Shown: piece after piece, positions 48,665 through 58,914 of the stretch
Layout: the number at the start of each line of letters is the position of its first letter
Numbering within the stretch: position 1 is the stretch's first letter
From: Terracidiphilus sp.
GTDB lineage: Bacteria; Acidobacteriota; Terriglobia; Terriglobales; Acidobacteriaceae
Reading direction: 5' to 3'
Assembly (NCBI GenBank): GCA_049512795.1
Contig: JBEKWT010000001.1
Location: 892-64,891, forward strand
DNA length: 64,000 bases
Translations under genes and position numbers: made by a program
Notes under the pieces: model-generated
Database searches by the model: none
The model's input: only the letters and a program-made list of their open reading frames with translations
What the model was told of the DNA's origin: nothing

Positions 48665-51643
48665 ATGCAGAACCATCGAAGCGGATTCGGAGAATGCAGC
48701 GCTTCTAATCGATTTTCACCAAGGTTCGCTTTCGAAGCCCCGCCGCGGCTGGACCGTTTTGCTATGGCCAACGAGTTGGCAACAGACGAACAACTGCGCG
48801 AGGCAGATCGCAACCGGCTTTCACGCGTAATGCGGTATCTCTACGGCTTGGTCTTCGTGATTTGTGTTGGTCCTTCGGCATGCGCGTCCCTCGCGGCTCC
48901 GATCACGATGGAGCGGCAGCCCGACGGCATGATTCTACGTCTGCCCTCAGGCGAGCTGCGTCTCCAGGTGATCTCCGCCGGCATAGTGCGGGTCGAGATT
49001 TCCAATTCCCCGGAGTTTTTTGGCCGAACTTCGATCGATCGGGTCGCGCTTCCACCCGGCACGACACCCTTCACAATCAGCGAATCGCCCGCGGGGTTCA
49101 CCCTGGCCACAACAGAACTGCGCGTGACCGTCGATCGTGGAACCGGTGCCGTGTCGTTTGCTGATAGCGCCGGGCGTCCGCTCCTCTCTGAAGTTCCAGG
49201 CAGCAGAGCGCTCGATCCGGCTCAAGTGCAGGGAGAGAATACCTTTCACATCCAGCAAAAGTGGAAGTCGCAGGAAGCCGAATCTCTCTATGGTCTGGGC
49301 CAGATGCAATTGGGCGTCGTCGACATCAAGGGCTACGACCTGGATCTGTGGCAGCACAACACCAACGTTGTGGTTCCCTTTCTCGTCTCTTCGAAGGGCT
49401 ACGGGATTCTCTGGGACAACACTTCGTTTACCCGCTTTGGCGATCTCCGCCCATTCACCGCGATTCCGGCAGCTGACTTATATGACGCGAGCGGCACAGC
49501 GGGAGGACTGACTGTGGCGCCGACTGATGGCTCGGAGCCGCCCCGGCAAACCGCGGATCTCTCCATTCATCTGCGCCCTAGCCAGGCTGAGCTCGAGCAT
49601 CCTGAGACCACCGGCGGCCACCGGATGAGAAAGAAGCTATCCTGGACCGGTTCGATTCTTCCGCCTACGACAGGCGACTATCAGTTTCGGGCCTACTCGA
49701 ACGGCGGCATCCGTGTGTGGCTCGATGGAAAGCTGGTCATGGATCATTGGAGGCAAAACTGGCTCACTTCCAACGATCAGATTCGCGTGCATCTTGAGGC
49801 GGGGCGCAAATATTCGATCCGGATCGAAAACGATCCCGAGCAACAGGACACCCTCGAATTATTGTGGAAGACGCCGGCGCCGGACGACGACACTTCGTTG
49901 TGGTCCGAGGTGGGCGATGGCATCGATTACTCCTTCGTCTACGGCCCATCAATCGACCATGTGATTGCCGGCTACCGCCTGCTCACCGGAAAAGCGACCA
50001 TGTTGCCCAACTGGGCCTTTGGTCTTTGGCAATCGCGCCAGCGCTACGAGACCTCGCAGCAGTCGCTGGATGTGGTGAAGGAATTCCGTCAGCGACAGAT
50101 TCCTTTCGACAATATTGTGCAGGACTGGCAATACTGGCATGTCGATGCATGGGGTTCGCACGAGTTCGATCCCGCGCGCTTTCCCGATCCCAACGGCTGG
50201 ATCCAGGCGCTTCACGCTGAGCATGCACACCTGATGATCTCGGTTTGGGGCAAGTTCAATCCCAATACAGAGAACGCCAAGGCGATGGCCGCGAAAGGCT
50301 ATCTGTATTTGCCCAACCTTGAAGAGCACGTCAAGGATTGGATCGACCAGCCCTATACCTTCTATGACGCTTTCAACCCAGGCGCGCGTAGGCTGTTCTG
50401 GTCGCAGATCGATACAGGTCTGTTCTCGAAGGGTGTCGATGCGTGGTGGATGGATGCGACCGAACCTGATCTGCTGCCTTCGCCGCCTACGCTCGACGGC
50501 CAACGCACACACATGAATCCCACTTTTCTGGGAACGGGATCGCGCATGTTGAATGGCTACGCACTGGAGAACAGTCTCGGCGTTTATATTGGGCAACGGC
50601 TGGCCGCTCCCAACCAGCGTGTCTTCATCCTCACGCGCTCAGGTTTTGCCGGTGAGCAGCGTTATTCCACCGTCACCTGGTCGGGCGATATCACTTCTAC
50701 CTGGACCGCACTGGCCAAACAGATCCCAGCGGGGCTGGGCGCCAGCATCTCCGGCCTTCCTTTTTGGACGATGGACACGGGCGGCTACACCATGCAAAAC
50801 AAGTTTGCCAATGAGCCGATGACCGCTGCCGACGAGGATGAATGGCGAGAGTTGAATGCGCGCTGGTTTGAGCTTTCCACGTTCACACCGATTCTGCGCG
50901 TGCACGGCGAACTGCGGCCGCGCGAAATGTGGACGCTTGGGGTTGGCTCGCCAGCCTATAACGCAGAGTTGAAATTCGATCAATTGCGCTACGCATTGTT
51001 TCCCTACATCTACTCACAGGCCGGTTGGACCACGCAGCGTGATTACACGATGTTCCGCCCGCTGGTGATGGACTTTCCCCAGGACCGCATTGCCCGCGAA
51101 TCGAACGATGAGTTCATGTTTGGTCCGGCCCTTCTGGTTGCTCCCATCACGCATTACCAGCAGCGTGCGCGAAGCGTCTACCTGCCGCCCGCAGTCGCCT
51201 GGTACGATTACTGGACCGGCCGGCCAGCCGCAAGCGGCACGTTCTCAGTCCCCGCGCCATACGACCAGATCCCCATCTTCGTCCGGGCGGGATCGATCAT
51301 TCCCTACCAGCCAGCGATGCAGTACGTCGGCGAGAAGCCTGCCGACCCCATCACGCTTTACGTCTATGCCGGCGCTGACGGACAGTTTACGTTGTATGAG
51401 GATCAGGGCACGACGTTCGACTACGAGAAGGGAGCCTTTTCCGAGATTCCCATCCGCTGGGAAGACAAGACAAGCACGCTCGCGATCGGTGAACGTAGCG
51501 GCACCTTTGACGGAATGTTAAGCCGCCGCACGTTCCGGGTCGTTCTGGTGTCGAGGAATCATCCGGCCGGCTTTCCGTTCTCGCCTACCCAGTCCAGGAG
51601 CGTGGCCTATACGGGCACGGCCATCCACCTCAAACTTCAATAA
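48665..51643 (+). CDS. GH31 alpha-xylosidase-like enzyme with PA14 insertion
   Basis: YGILWDN, WQSRQRY, IVQDWQYW, WWMDATEPD, WSGDI, WTMDTGG; PA14-like WTGSI.PPTTGDYQF. Start could be 48830. Confidence 0.9.
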   Translation: MQNHRSGFGECSASNRFSPRFAFEAPPRLDRFAMANELATDEQLREADRNRLSRVMRYLYGLVFVICVGPSACASLAAPITMERQPDGMILRLPSGELRLQVISAGIVRVEISNSPEFFGRTSIDRVALPPGTTPFTISESPAGFTLATTELRVTVDRGTGAVSFADSAGRPLLSEVPGSRALDPAQVQGENTFHIQQKWKSQEAESLYGLGQMQLGVVDIKGYDLDLWQHNTNVVVPFLVSSKGYGILWDNTSFTRFGDLRPFTAIPAADLYDASGTAGGLTVAPTDGSEPPRQTADLSIHLRPSQAELEHPETTGGHRMRKKLSWTGSILPPTTGDYQFRAYSNGGIRVWLDGKLVMDHWRQNWLTSNDQIRVHLEAGRKYSIRIENDPEQQDTLELLWKTPAPDDDTSLWSEVGDGIDYSFVYGPSIDHVIAGYRLLTGKATMLPNWAFGLWQSRQRYETSQQSLDVVKEFRQRQIPFDNIVQDWQYWHVDAWGSHEFDPARFPDPNGWIQALHAEHAHLMISVWGKFNPNTENAKAMAAKGYLYLPNLEEHVKDWIDQPYTFYDAFNPGARRLFWSQIDTGLFSKGVDAWWMDATEPDLLPSPPTLDGQRTHMNPTFLGTGSRMLNGYALENSLGVYIGQRLAAPNQRVFILTRSGFAGEQRYSTVTWSGDITSTWTALAKQIPAGLGASISGLPFWTMDTGGYTMQNKFANEPMTAADEDEWRELNARWFELSTFTPILRVHGELRPREMWTLGVGSPAYNAELKFDQLRYALFPYIYSQAGWTTQRDYTMFRPLVMDFPQDRIARESNDEFMFGPALLVAPITHYQQRARSVYLPPAVAWYDYWTGRPAASGTFSVPAPYDQIPIFVRAGSIIPYQPAMQYVGEKPADPITLYVYAGADGQFTLYEDQGTTFDYEKGAFSEIPIRWEDKTSTLAIGERSGTFDGMLSRRTFRVVLVSRNHPAGFPFSPTQSRSVAYTGTAIHLKLQ

Positions 51644-51691
51644 CCTGCCACTTACTTGTCAGCCTGAAAAGATCACTCTTTTACCGCTTCG

Positions 51692-54600
51692 TCATTCATT
51701 TGAAGAAGTGACGCCAACGGTTGCACCCAACGGTCCCTTGGGAATATCGACGCTCAGTTGCTTGCCGTTGCGGAGGATTACCAACGTCCTCGAATGATCC
51801 GGCCCCGATGTAAACCGCTCCCACAATTCCTTCATCGAGCTGATCCCGTCATTCTCCAGAAGGACATCTCCGACATGTAACTGAGCCTTCATGGCAATGC
51901 CGTTGTCATCGAGCCACGATAAGGCGATGACAGATTTCTTCGGGCCCGACCGGAGAAATGTGCGCGAAGCGTCAGCGAGAATGCAATCGGCTTTGGACAA
52001 GTCACCGTTTCCTTTGCTGATATCGCATGGCTTTTCAAGCGTCCGGCGAAGAATCAAGACGCCAAACCGGTCAAAGAAGTCTCTTTGTATCTCGTTTCCC
52101 GCACTATCCTCCGTGATTTTTACATTTGCGAACCCGCCGGCCATTTCAATCGGCTTGCCGTCTTCATCAAAGGCTGCCATCTGTGTGATTTTCTCGTTGG
52201 CGTCCCGAACGTAGGTCAACACGGCAGCGCCCAGAGTGTTTTTCGACGTCATCGGGCGATCATTCACATCGAAGCAGGCCCGTTTGAGCATTTGGCCTTT
52301 GGCATCCAGATCGTCGCGCATGATCGCGCACCCGTCTTTCGCGAGAATCGGTTCCCCGTCTGTGCCGAAATAACTCGTGACGAGTTGCTTGCCTTGATCG
52401 CTTCGTTCGTAGCGCACCATGGCATACGTGTCTCCCTTCGCAACCGCGCGCTTGCCCTGGGCATCGTAGTAGGACTCTTCAGTCTCGTTTCCTTGTACAT
52501 CGTATTGATCAATCTCCTTGTTCCCCAACACATCGATCCTGGTGACCTGGATTCTATGTCCGGCGGTGTCGTACTCTACCTCCCCCAGGTGGGGTAAGTT
52601 ACCGGATCCCTTTACCGGGCTGTTGACGCCAAAGTATTCCATTCTCGTCATTTGGCGCTTGTCGCTCCATGCGTATTCGCTTCGGGCAATGCCATTCTTA
52701 TCGGCCTTGAGCTTGCCGTCCTTGCCGCGGTTGGTTTCCTCGGTTTCGAGACCACGGTTGTCATACACGCCATCAACGCAGGAAATGCCATCCGCATCGA
52801 CTGCCGGAGTACGATCGGCGTGCAGATAACAGGTTGTCAGAGCATCGCCGAATGCGTCGTAGGTGACGTCGCTAATCTCATAGGGGAACAAGGCCGCTGA
52901 TGTTACGGTGTAGCGGGTTTCTGTTGTGTTTCCCCATCGGTCGAAGCTTAACTGAGATTGGGAATATCCGAGAGATTTGGGAGGATTGCCTGAAACGTCG
53001 TAGTAATTCCATTGGTCCCTGCGGCCGCTTGCGTCGTAGTGAATCTTTACCAAGTGATATCCGTCACTAATGTTGACAGGCTTGGAATCGATTCCGAAAT
53101 AGGATTCATCCAGTATTTCCCCGTTGGCGGTATTGGTTCGCCGCAGGATGTGGACACCGGAGCTGTCGTTAGCCGGCTGCCCCTTGTCATCAAACATGCT
53201 GATTTCAGATATATTGCCGTTCGCATCGTATGCCAGACGAAGGTCGTATGCTCCGCGGTCGCCCTTTGTCGGTTTCCCGGCACTATTGAAAAATGTTTCG
53301 CGCGTAAGCCGGTCCTGGGCGTCGTACTCGTAGACAACCCGTTGATAACTGGGATCTCCCAGCTTGTCCATCGGGTTGCCGTAGTTATCAAAATAGGTTA
53401 GCTCTATGTTGTTTCCGTGGTCATCGTACTTGGCACGGATGATATGCCAGCCGTCCTCCTGGCTGACGATCGGAGAACCGTCCACGTCGAAATATGCTAC
53501 CTCCGTCTGGTTTCCCCACTGGTCGTAGCTGTAGCGAGCAGAGGAGTACTCGGGGCTGTAGGGAGGATTGAAGTACCTGGAGGAGATCACCAAAGTGGGA
53601 CGGCCCATGGCGTCGGTAGCCTTGGCAAGTATGCGATTGTCGTCCTTGTCGTATTCAAGCTCCTCAGTGGCGTTGCCAGACCCGTCGTTCATCGGTTTTC
53701 CGCTCGCATCGAGCGACGTCTCACTGGTTTCCCGGCCCTGGCTGTCGAATACAAACGCCGTACCGTAGGCGCTATTTGGCCCTGGAACCGGCTGGGCATC
53801 CCATGACAGGTAGCGCAGAGTCTCGTGACCATTGGCGCCATGCTGGATCTGGATAATCTCGGCTTCGCTTCCAGGCCGCTCCGGCTTGGGGAGTCCGTCG
53901 GGGCCGAAGTAAGTGGCATTCATCGTCTGCTGCGAGTTGCCCTGCGCCTGCGACGGGAGATACACGAAACCCCAGACCATGTTGTGATTCTGGTCCCATG
54001 CGGTCTCATATACCGTCTTTCCGTTCGTGTCCTTGTCATATTGAAACTCCATGCGGCAAAACCTGCTGCCTGGGTCCTGGTCGCTGGAGGGCTTGTCAGA
54101 ATTGAGAAGAGTCGACAGGCCATTCTGCATGGTGGGCTTCCCATTTCTATCGACTGCTTCCAGGCTAAGGATCTCGCCGCGAAATCCCTTGCGGGTCACA
54201 CTGTATGAAACTTTGCGGTGATGCACCGTTTGGATATTGATCTTCCCGTATGGGACGATCGTTCCAAGTTCATTCGAGAAATTCCGGTAATAGGCGCTGG
54301 TAGGGTGGATATAGGCCAGCCAGTAATACACGGAGTATGCCACTCCAGCCAAAGCCAATACCGCTGTAGCCGCCGCAACTGCCGTGCGCCGGCGAGCTCG
54401 CGCCAATGCGCGCCGCAGCTCTTGCTGTTTGCGTTCTTCCTCCTCGCGTGCGACGCGGGCGGCGCGAAATCCCCTGCTCTTTTTGACCACGCCGGTCAAC
54501 AGGTCGTGGGACAGCTCGACATGGCGCGTTCCGAGGCGATCTTCGAAGCGCAGCAACCGCCTATCCACCAGGGTTTCCAGCTCGAGCGGACTGACACCCT

Positions 54601-55675
54601 CGGCAAGGGCTTCTGAAAGAGGAAGCGTGCCGCGGAATCCCGACGCAGTGAGCAGGCGATCTTCCACGAACAAGCGCACGGGTTCCGCCAGACCCTCGAA
54701 GCTGCGCTCATACATGGCCTCCAGAATCTCGCCTCGTTCTTTGGCCACCAACTCGCTGGTAATCGTCTCGTGGCCTAATTCGACCATGCGAAGGAACAGC
54801 TCGTGGCACATCACGCTCAGATAAGCGGGTTCTATCTCGGCTTGCGCGATGGCATCTTGTGCGGCGCCGGTCTCTCCAGCCAATGCCGCGACGATGTCCT
54901 GCGCTACCGCTTCACTTACCCAAGGCTTGCCGGAGTTCACGATGACCTCGAGAGCGCGCGTTCCATCGAGAGGTAGCAGTCCCATTCGGTTGCGCATAAT
55001 GGCCGGCAAAATTGGACGCAGTTGATCGAGCCTGGAGACAAAGTCCTCGCGCAGGGATAGCACGATCTTGTACGTTGGGGCGCCAGCGTCGACTGCGACC
55101 CGCTCAGTGGACTGCGTTACCCGCTGCTCGACGACGAGGGGAACGCGATTCTCGGCCAGGTCCGCCAGTTGCCCGAGAAAGTCCGATGCCTGTCTTTGGT
55201 CCTTCCCGATGGTGAACGCCTCCTCAAACTGATCGAAGACCAGGAGTGGCGTTACGCGATCGTTGCGCGGACCCCAAAAATCGGTTTCGTGAAAGAATTC
55301 CCAAAGCGTAGGCGTGGAACCTTCGCTTATGCGGCTCTCAACATCGAATCCGCCTTTCTGAGCCGTCGCGAGGGTGATCGCCTTTACCTGTTCCACGGGG
55401 TCCACATCGGGATCGGCAAAGTTAAGCCTCAGCAAAACCGGGAAATACATGCCGGAACGCAGGCGAGGAAAGACCCCGGCGTGCAGCAATGACGACTTAC
55501 CCGAGCCGGATCGGCCGAACAGCACAGTCAGTGTGTCTCTTTGGATAAGACGCAGGATTTCCTCGATCTCCAATTCCCTACCGAAGAACAGCTCATGCTG
55601 CTGCTCCGTATAAGGCGCCAGCCCCGGCCACGGATTCTGGGGCGCAGCCGACATCGCGGTGATATCGGTGCTCAT
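51692..55675 (-). CDS. nSTAND1-type NTPase - coiled coil - TM helix - ~20 YD-like repeats - PDZ-like domain
   Basis: NPWPGL..Y...FFGRE, Walker A GRSGSGKSS, Walker B LLVFDQFEE, SLREDF, ELSHDLL; TM AVAAATAVLALAGVAYSVYYWLAYI; repeats YDxxGNxxExxYFDxxGxP; AMKAQLHVGDVLL...LVILRNGK. Confidence 0.85.
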   Translation of the reverse strand: MSTDITAMSAAPQNPWPGLAPYTEQQHELFFGRELEIEEILRLIQRDTLTVLFGRSGSGKSSLLHAGVFPRLRSGMYFPVLLRLNFADPDVDPVEQVKAITLATAQKGGFDVESRISEGSTPTLWEFFHETDFWGPRNDRVTPLLVFDQFEEAFTIGKDQRQASDFLGQLADLAENRVPLVVEQRVTQSTERVAVDAGAPTYKIVLSLREDFVSRLDQLRPILPAIMRNRMGLLPLDGTRALEVIVNSGKPWVSEAVAQDIVAALAGETGAAQDAIAQAEIEPAYLSVMCHELFLRMVELGHETITSELVAKERGEILEAMYERSFEGLAEPVRLFVEDRLLTASGFRGTLPLSEALAEGVSPLELETLVDRRLLRFEDRLGTRHVELSHDLLTGVVKKSRGFRAARVAREEEERKQQELRRALARARRRTAVAAATAVLALAGVAYSVYYWLAYIHPTSAYYRNFSNELGTIVPYGKINIQTVHHRKVSYSVTRKGFRGEILSLEAVDRNGKPTMQNGLSTLLNSDKPSSDQDPGSRFCRMEFQYDKDTNGKTVYETAWDQNHNMVWGFVYLPSQAQGNSQQTMNATYFGPDGLPKPERPGSEAEIIQIQHGANGHETLRYLSWDAQPVPGPNSAYGTAFVFDSQGRETSETSLDASGKPMNDGSGNATEELEYDKDDNRILAKATDAMGRPTLVISSRYFNPPYSPEYSSARYSYDQWGNQTEVAYFDVDGSPIVSQEDGWHIIRAKYDDHGNNIELTYFDNYGNPMDKLGDPSYQRVVYEYDAQDRLTRETFFNSAGKPTKGDRGAYDLRLAYDANGNISEISMFDDKGQPANDSSGVHILRRTNTANGEILDESYFGIDSKPVNISDGYHLVKIHYDASGRRDQWNYYDVSGNPPKSLGYSQSQLSFDRWGNTTETRYTVTSAALFPYEISDVTYDAFGDALTTCYLHADRTPAVDADGISCVDGVYDNRGLETEETNRGKDGKLKADKNGIARSEYAWSDKRQMTRMEYFGVNSPVKGSGNLPHLGEVEYDTAGHRIQVTRIDVLGNKEIDQYDVQGNETEESYYDAQGKRAVAKGDTYAMVRYERSDQGKQLVTSYFGTDGEPILAKDGCAIMRDDLDAKGQMLKRACFDVNDRPMTSKNTLGAAVLTYVRDANEKITQMAAFDEDGKPIEMAGGFANVKITEDSAGNEIQRDFFDRFGVLILRRTLEKPCDISKGNGDLSKADCILADASRTFLRSGPKKSVIALSWLDDNGIAMKAQLHVGDVLLENDGISSMKELWERFTSGPDHSRTLVILRNGKQLSVDIPKGPLGATVGVTSSNE

Positions 55676-57063
55676 TTTGCCCTCCGGTATTTGCGAATTC
55701 CGTTGACAATAAGATTGATAAATTCCGGCGGCAACCGCCCGTCACGAAGCCGTGTCCAGTGGAGGTCTCTATAGGGCGAATCGACAAAGCGGGAGCCTGA
55801 TGGCGTATCGTCAATGACGATTGGCTGCAGAAAGGCGTCCTCTTTGTGCCGTTCCAGAGCGGCATCTTCAGCCCATTTCCATTCCTTGAACAGATAGCCT
55901 CCCCGGGCCCTTTGAGGCAGGTTCAGAGATCGAGAGATGATGGCGAGGAAATACGCCGCGCTCCGAATATTCTCGCGGATGCTCTGCTCGAACTCGTCTC
56001 CCGGCTGAAGAGCCCGCTCATCCATCCATGTGTCGATATTGGCGTCCTCGAGCTGCGCCCGAATCTCCCTTACCCGCGCGCGATCCTCGCTGGCATAACT
56101 AAGGAACACGGCGCCAGATTTGAAGTCTGCCTGTAGCTCGGGCGCGGGGCGCAGAGCCACATCCCGATTGGCGCTTCGTTCGCGGCACAGCCGATGCAAT
56201 TTCGCGACGAAATCGACAGGCGACTCTGTCGTTATTACCTTGGCCCGGCGCCGCATGAGGAAATCGGCCAACCCGGCCTCGCAGTTTGGGCTCACATAAT
56301 AGATGTTGATCGTTTCTTCATGCCTGCGGCCATTCAGAGCGTGGATAAAGAACCGCGCAAGCCAGTCAGGGAAGCTGCACCCGAGCAGAAGAACGGTCTT
56401 TCTTTGCAAATAGTCATAAAGATTTTCCGGCGCATACTGCTGATCCAGCAACGACCAGCTGAATTCAATCAAATCGTCTTCGGTCTTGGCGAAGGTGTCA
56501 CTCACCGCGCTGCTGGCGCCAAACAAGTGATACAACACGGGAAGAGAAGTGGGGCCGAAGTTGGGTGGCAGATCGATCCGGTCCTTGGCTCCACGCGGCG
56601 TGAAGACGATGTTTTCAATTTCCTGATTGGGTCCGCGCGCGTCTTGCAAGGCCTTCTCGAAAAGATGGTCGATTGTGGTCGTGACATAAAGAGAAAAGCT
56701 CTGGATTTCCGCCAATTTCCGCAACACATCGGGAACCGGCCAGGGGTTGCGCCTCATCACATCGTCGATGTCAAACGCCAGGTCGCCGGAATTCTGTTTG
56801 AGGCTCAACAGATTAGCGACATCGTAAAGAGCATGATGAGCACGGTCGGCGGGAAAAGCAATTCCTGCCTGCTCCGCAAGCTTTCTTCCGCAAGCTGAGT
56901 AAAGCGACTGTTCCTTGCCATCCTCCTGCCAAGTCAGTAGCTCCGGGCCGATCACCGGAACCACGCAGCGCTCCAGGACGAGATTGGTGAGCTTATCCCA
57001 TTCCCGATCGGTCATGGGAAATGAACCTGATACTCCGGGCGATGGGACCGGGGCTCCAGCCAT
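55672..57063 (-). CDS. SIR2-like domain + C-terminal TIR domain protein
   Basis: SIR2-like VVPVIGPEL, YVTTTID, LYHLFG, LLLGCSFPDW; TIR VFLSYASED, TWMD, PGDEF...I, FKEW, LQPIVID. 4-bp overlap with the downstream gene. Confidence 0.85.
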   Translation of the reverse strand: MAGAPVPSPGVSGSFPMTDREWDKLTNLVLERCVVPVIGPELLTWQEDGKEQSLYSACGRKLAEQAGIAFPADRAHHALYDVANLLSLKQNSGDLAFDIDDVMRRNPWPVPDVLRKLAEIQSFSLYVTTTIDHLFEKALQDARGPNQEIENIVFTPRGAKDRIDLPPNFGPTSLPVLYHLFGASSAVSDTFAKTEDDLIEFSWSLLDQQYAPENLYDYLQRKTVLLLGCSFPDWLARFFIHALNGRRHEETINIYYVSPNCEAGLADFLMRRRAKVITTESPVDFVAKLHRLCRERSANRDVALRPAPELQADFKSGAVFLSYASEDRARVREIRAQLEDANIDTWMDERALQPGDEFEQSIRENIRSAAYFLAIISRSLNLPQRARGGYLFKEWKWAEDAALERHKEDAFLQPIVIDDTPSGSRFVDSPYRDLHWTRLRDGRLPPEFINLIVNGIRKYRRAK

Positions 57064-57414
57064 TTTCGTTCCTCCGTGTCACGAATCGTGGTAATACCTG
57101 AAAGGTACCACTGGGCGCAGGGATTCGGGAATTGCAAACTTCTGGCGGGACGCATGTTGAAAGGGTTGCGTCTTTCTATTGATCCGACGTTGTTGACGGC
57201 CATTAAGACGATCGTCAGGGCCGCGATCGCTACAAATTGTGCGGGGTGATTGCACCATAATCTCGCCCAAAGAATCGCGGCTGTGCCTGGATCAGGCGCA
57301 GAACATCCCATTTCGAAGCTCGTGATCTCAAGTGTCGCCAGGCATGAGCGCTCGGCAATCATTGCCCATGCATCCTTATACTGAACGGGTCGAGATACCC
57401 AAACAGGAGAGCAA

Positions 57415-58827
57415 ATGGCCCTGCACAACACCCGCAAACTGAATGCCGAGCCGACGAGCGCAGTCGAGTCGGACGTTCTGAATGGCGATGCCCAGACCTA
57501 CGTATTCCCGGAGGTCTCTCGCGAGCCGGAAACCGTCTACCGGACCATCCACGACCAGCTCGTCCTGGACGGAAACTCCCAGCATAATCTGGCTACTTTT
57601 TGCACAACCTGGATCGAGCCCGAAGTGAAGCAGCTCATGGACGAGTCTGCCGACAAGAACATGATCGACAAAGATGAATACCCGCAGACCGCGGCCATCG
57701 AAGAGCGCTGCGTGCATATGCTGGCCGATCTTTGGAACTCGCCCGAGGCAGCGAGCACCATTGGCTGTTCCACGACAGGCTCGAGCGAAGCGGCAATGCT
57801 TGGCGGGCTGGCGCTGAAATGGAAATGGCGCAAGCGGCAACGCGCCCAGGGCAAACCGGCCGATTCGCCCGGCAACGAACGGCCAAACCTGGTCATGGGC
57901 CCGGTTCAGGTTTGCTGGCACAAGTTCTGCCGCTACTTCGATGTGGAGATTCGCGAGGTCCCGATGGAAGGCGACCGCCTGTTGCTGACGCCGGAGGAAG
58001 TGCTGAAGCGTTGCGATGAAAACACCATTGGCGTGGTTGTCACCCTGGGGGTGACCTTCACGATGCAATTCGAGCCCGTGCACGAAATCAGCATGGCCCT
58101 CGACAAGCTTCAGGCGGAGTCGGGGCTCGACATCCCGATCCACGTGGACGGCGCGAGCGGCGCGTTCCTTGCGCCTTTTCTGCAGCCGGACTTGCTTTGG
58201 GATTTTCGTCTTCCGCGCGTCAAATCCATCAATGCCTCCGGTCACAAGTTCGGTCTTGCGCCACTGGGCGTCGGCTGGGCGCTATGGCGCGAGAAGCACG
58301 ATCTGCCTGAAGAACTGATCTTCGACGTCAACTATCTGGGCGGAAACATGCCCACCTTTGCGCTCAACTTTTCCCGGCCGGGCGGTGAAATCATCTGCCA
58401 GTACTACAATTTCCTGCGTCTTGGGAAGCAGGGTTATCGCGAGATTCAGGCGGAGTGCGCTGCGATCGGAACGTATCTCGCCGGCAAGATCGCTGAACTC
58501 GGCCCATTCGAAATCATTTATGACGGAAACGGCGGCATCCCGGGCCTTTGCTGGAAGCTGAAGGACGGCTCGCCCTCTCCGTTCACGCTCTATGACGTGG
58601 CGGACCGGTTGCGCGAGCGCGGCTGGCTGGTTCCCGCGTATTCCATGCCCCCCAATCGCGAAGACCTCGTCGTTCAGCGCATCCTCATCCGTCATGGCTT
58701 CACACGCGAGATGGGCGAAGAACTGCTGCGCGAAATGAAAAGAACCATCGAGCATCTGCAGCATCCGGTTGGCCGGCAGCGGAGGTCGGATGCGGGAGCT
58801 GGCTCGCACAACCATTCAGGCAGGTAA
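57415..58827 (+). CDS. gadB: Glutamate decarboxylase
   Basis: [38 protein letters not shown] lysine in [11 protein letters not shown]. Confidence 0.95.
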   Translation: MALHNTRKLNAEPTSAVESDVLNGDAQTYVFPEVSREPETVYRTIHDQLVLDGNSQHNLATFCTTWIEPEVKQLMDESADKNMIDKDEYPQTAAIEERCVHMLADLWNSPEAASTIGCSTTGSSEAAMLGGLALKWKWRKRQRAQGKPADSPGNERPNLVMGPVQVCWHKFCRYFDVEIREVPMEGDRLLLTPEEVLKRCDENTIGVVVTLGVTFTMQFEPVHEISMALDKLQAESGLDIPIHVDGASGAFLAPFLQPDLLWDFRLPRVKSINASGHKFGLAPLGVGWALWREKHDLPEELIFDVNYLGGNMPTFALNFSRPGGEIICQYYNFLRLGKQGYREIQAECAAIGTYLAGKIAELGPFEIIYDGNGGIPGLCWKLKDGSPSPFTLYDVADRLRERGWLVPAYSMPPNREDLVVQRILIRHGFTREMGEELLREMKRTIEHLQHPVGRQRRSDAGAGSHNHSGR

Positions 58828-58914
58828 TCAGGGCATTGCAGGCGCCGGATGCGGTGCTGACTTTCCAGTGATCGGCTCTGGATTCCTGGACCGATGGGAG
58901 TGCCGGTCTTCAAG

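Noticed and set aside
51692-55675. Rhs polymorphic toxin
   Set aside because: N-terminal STAND + TM architecture, no DPxG core motif seen, no toxin tip or immunity gene.
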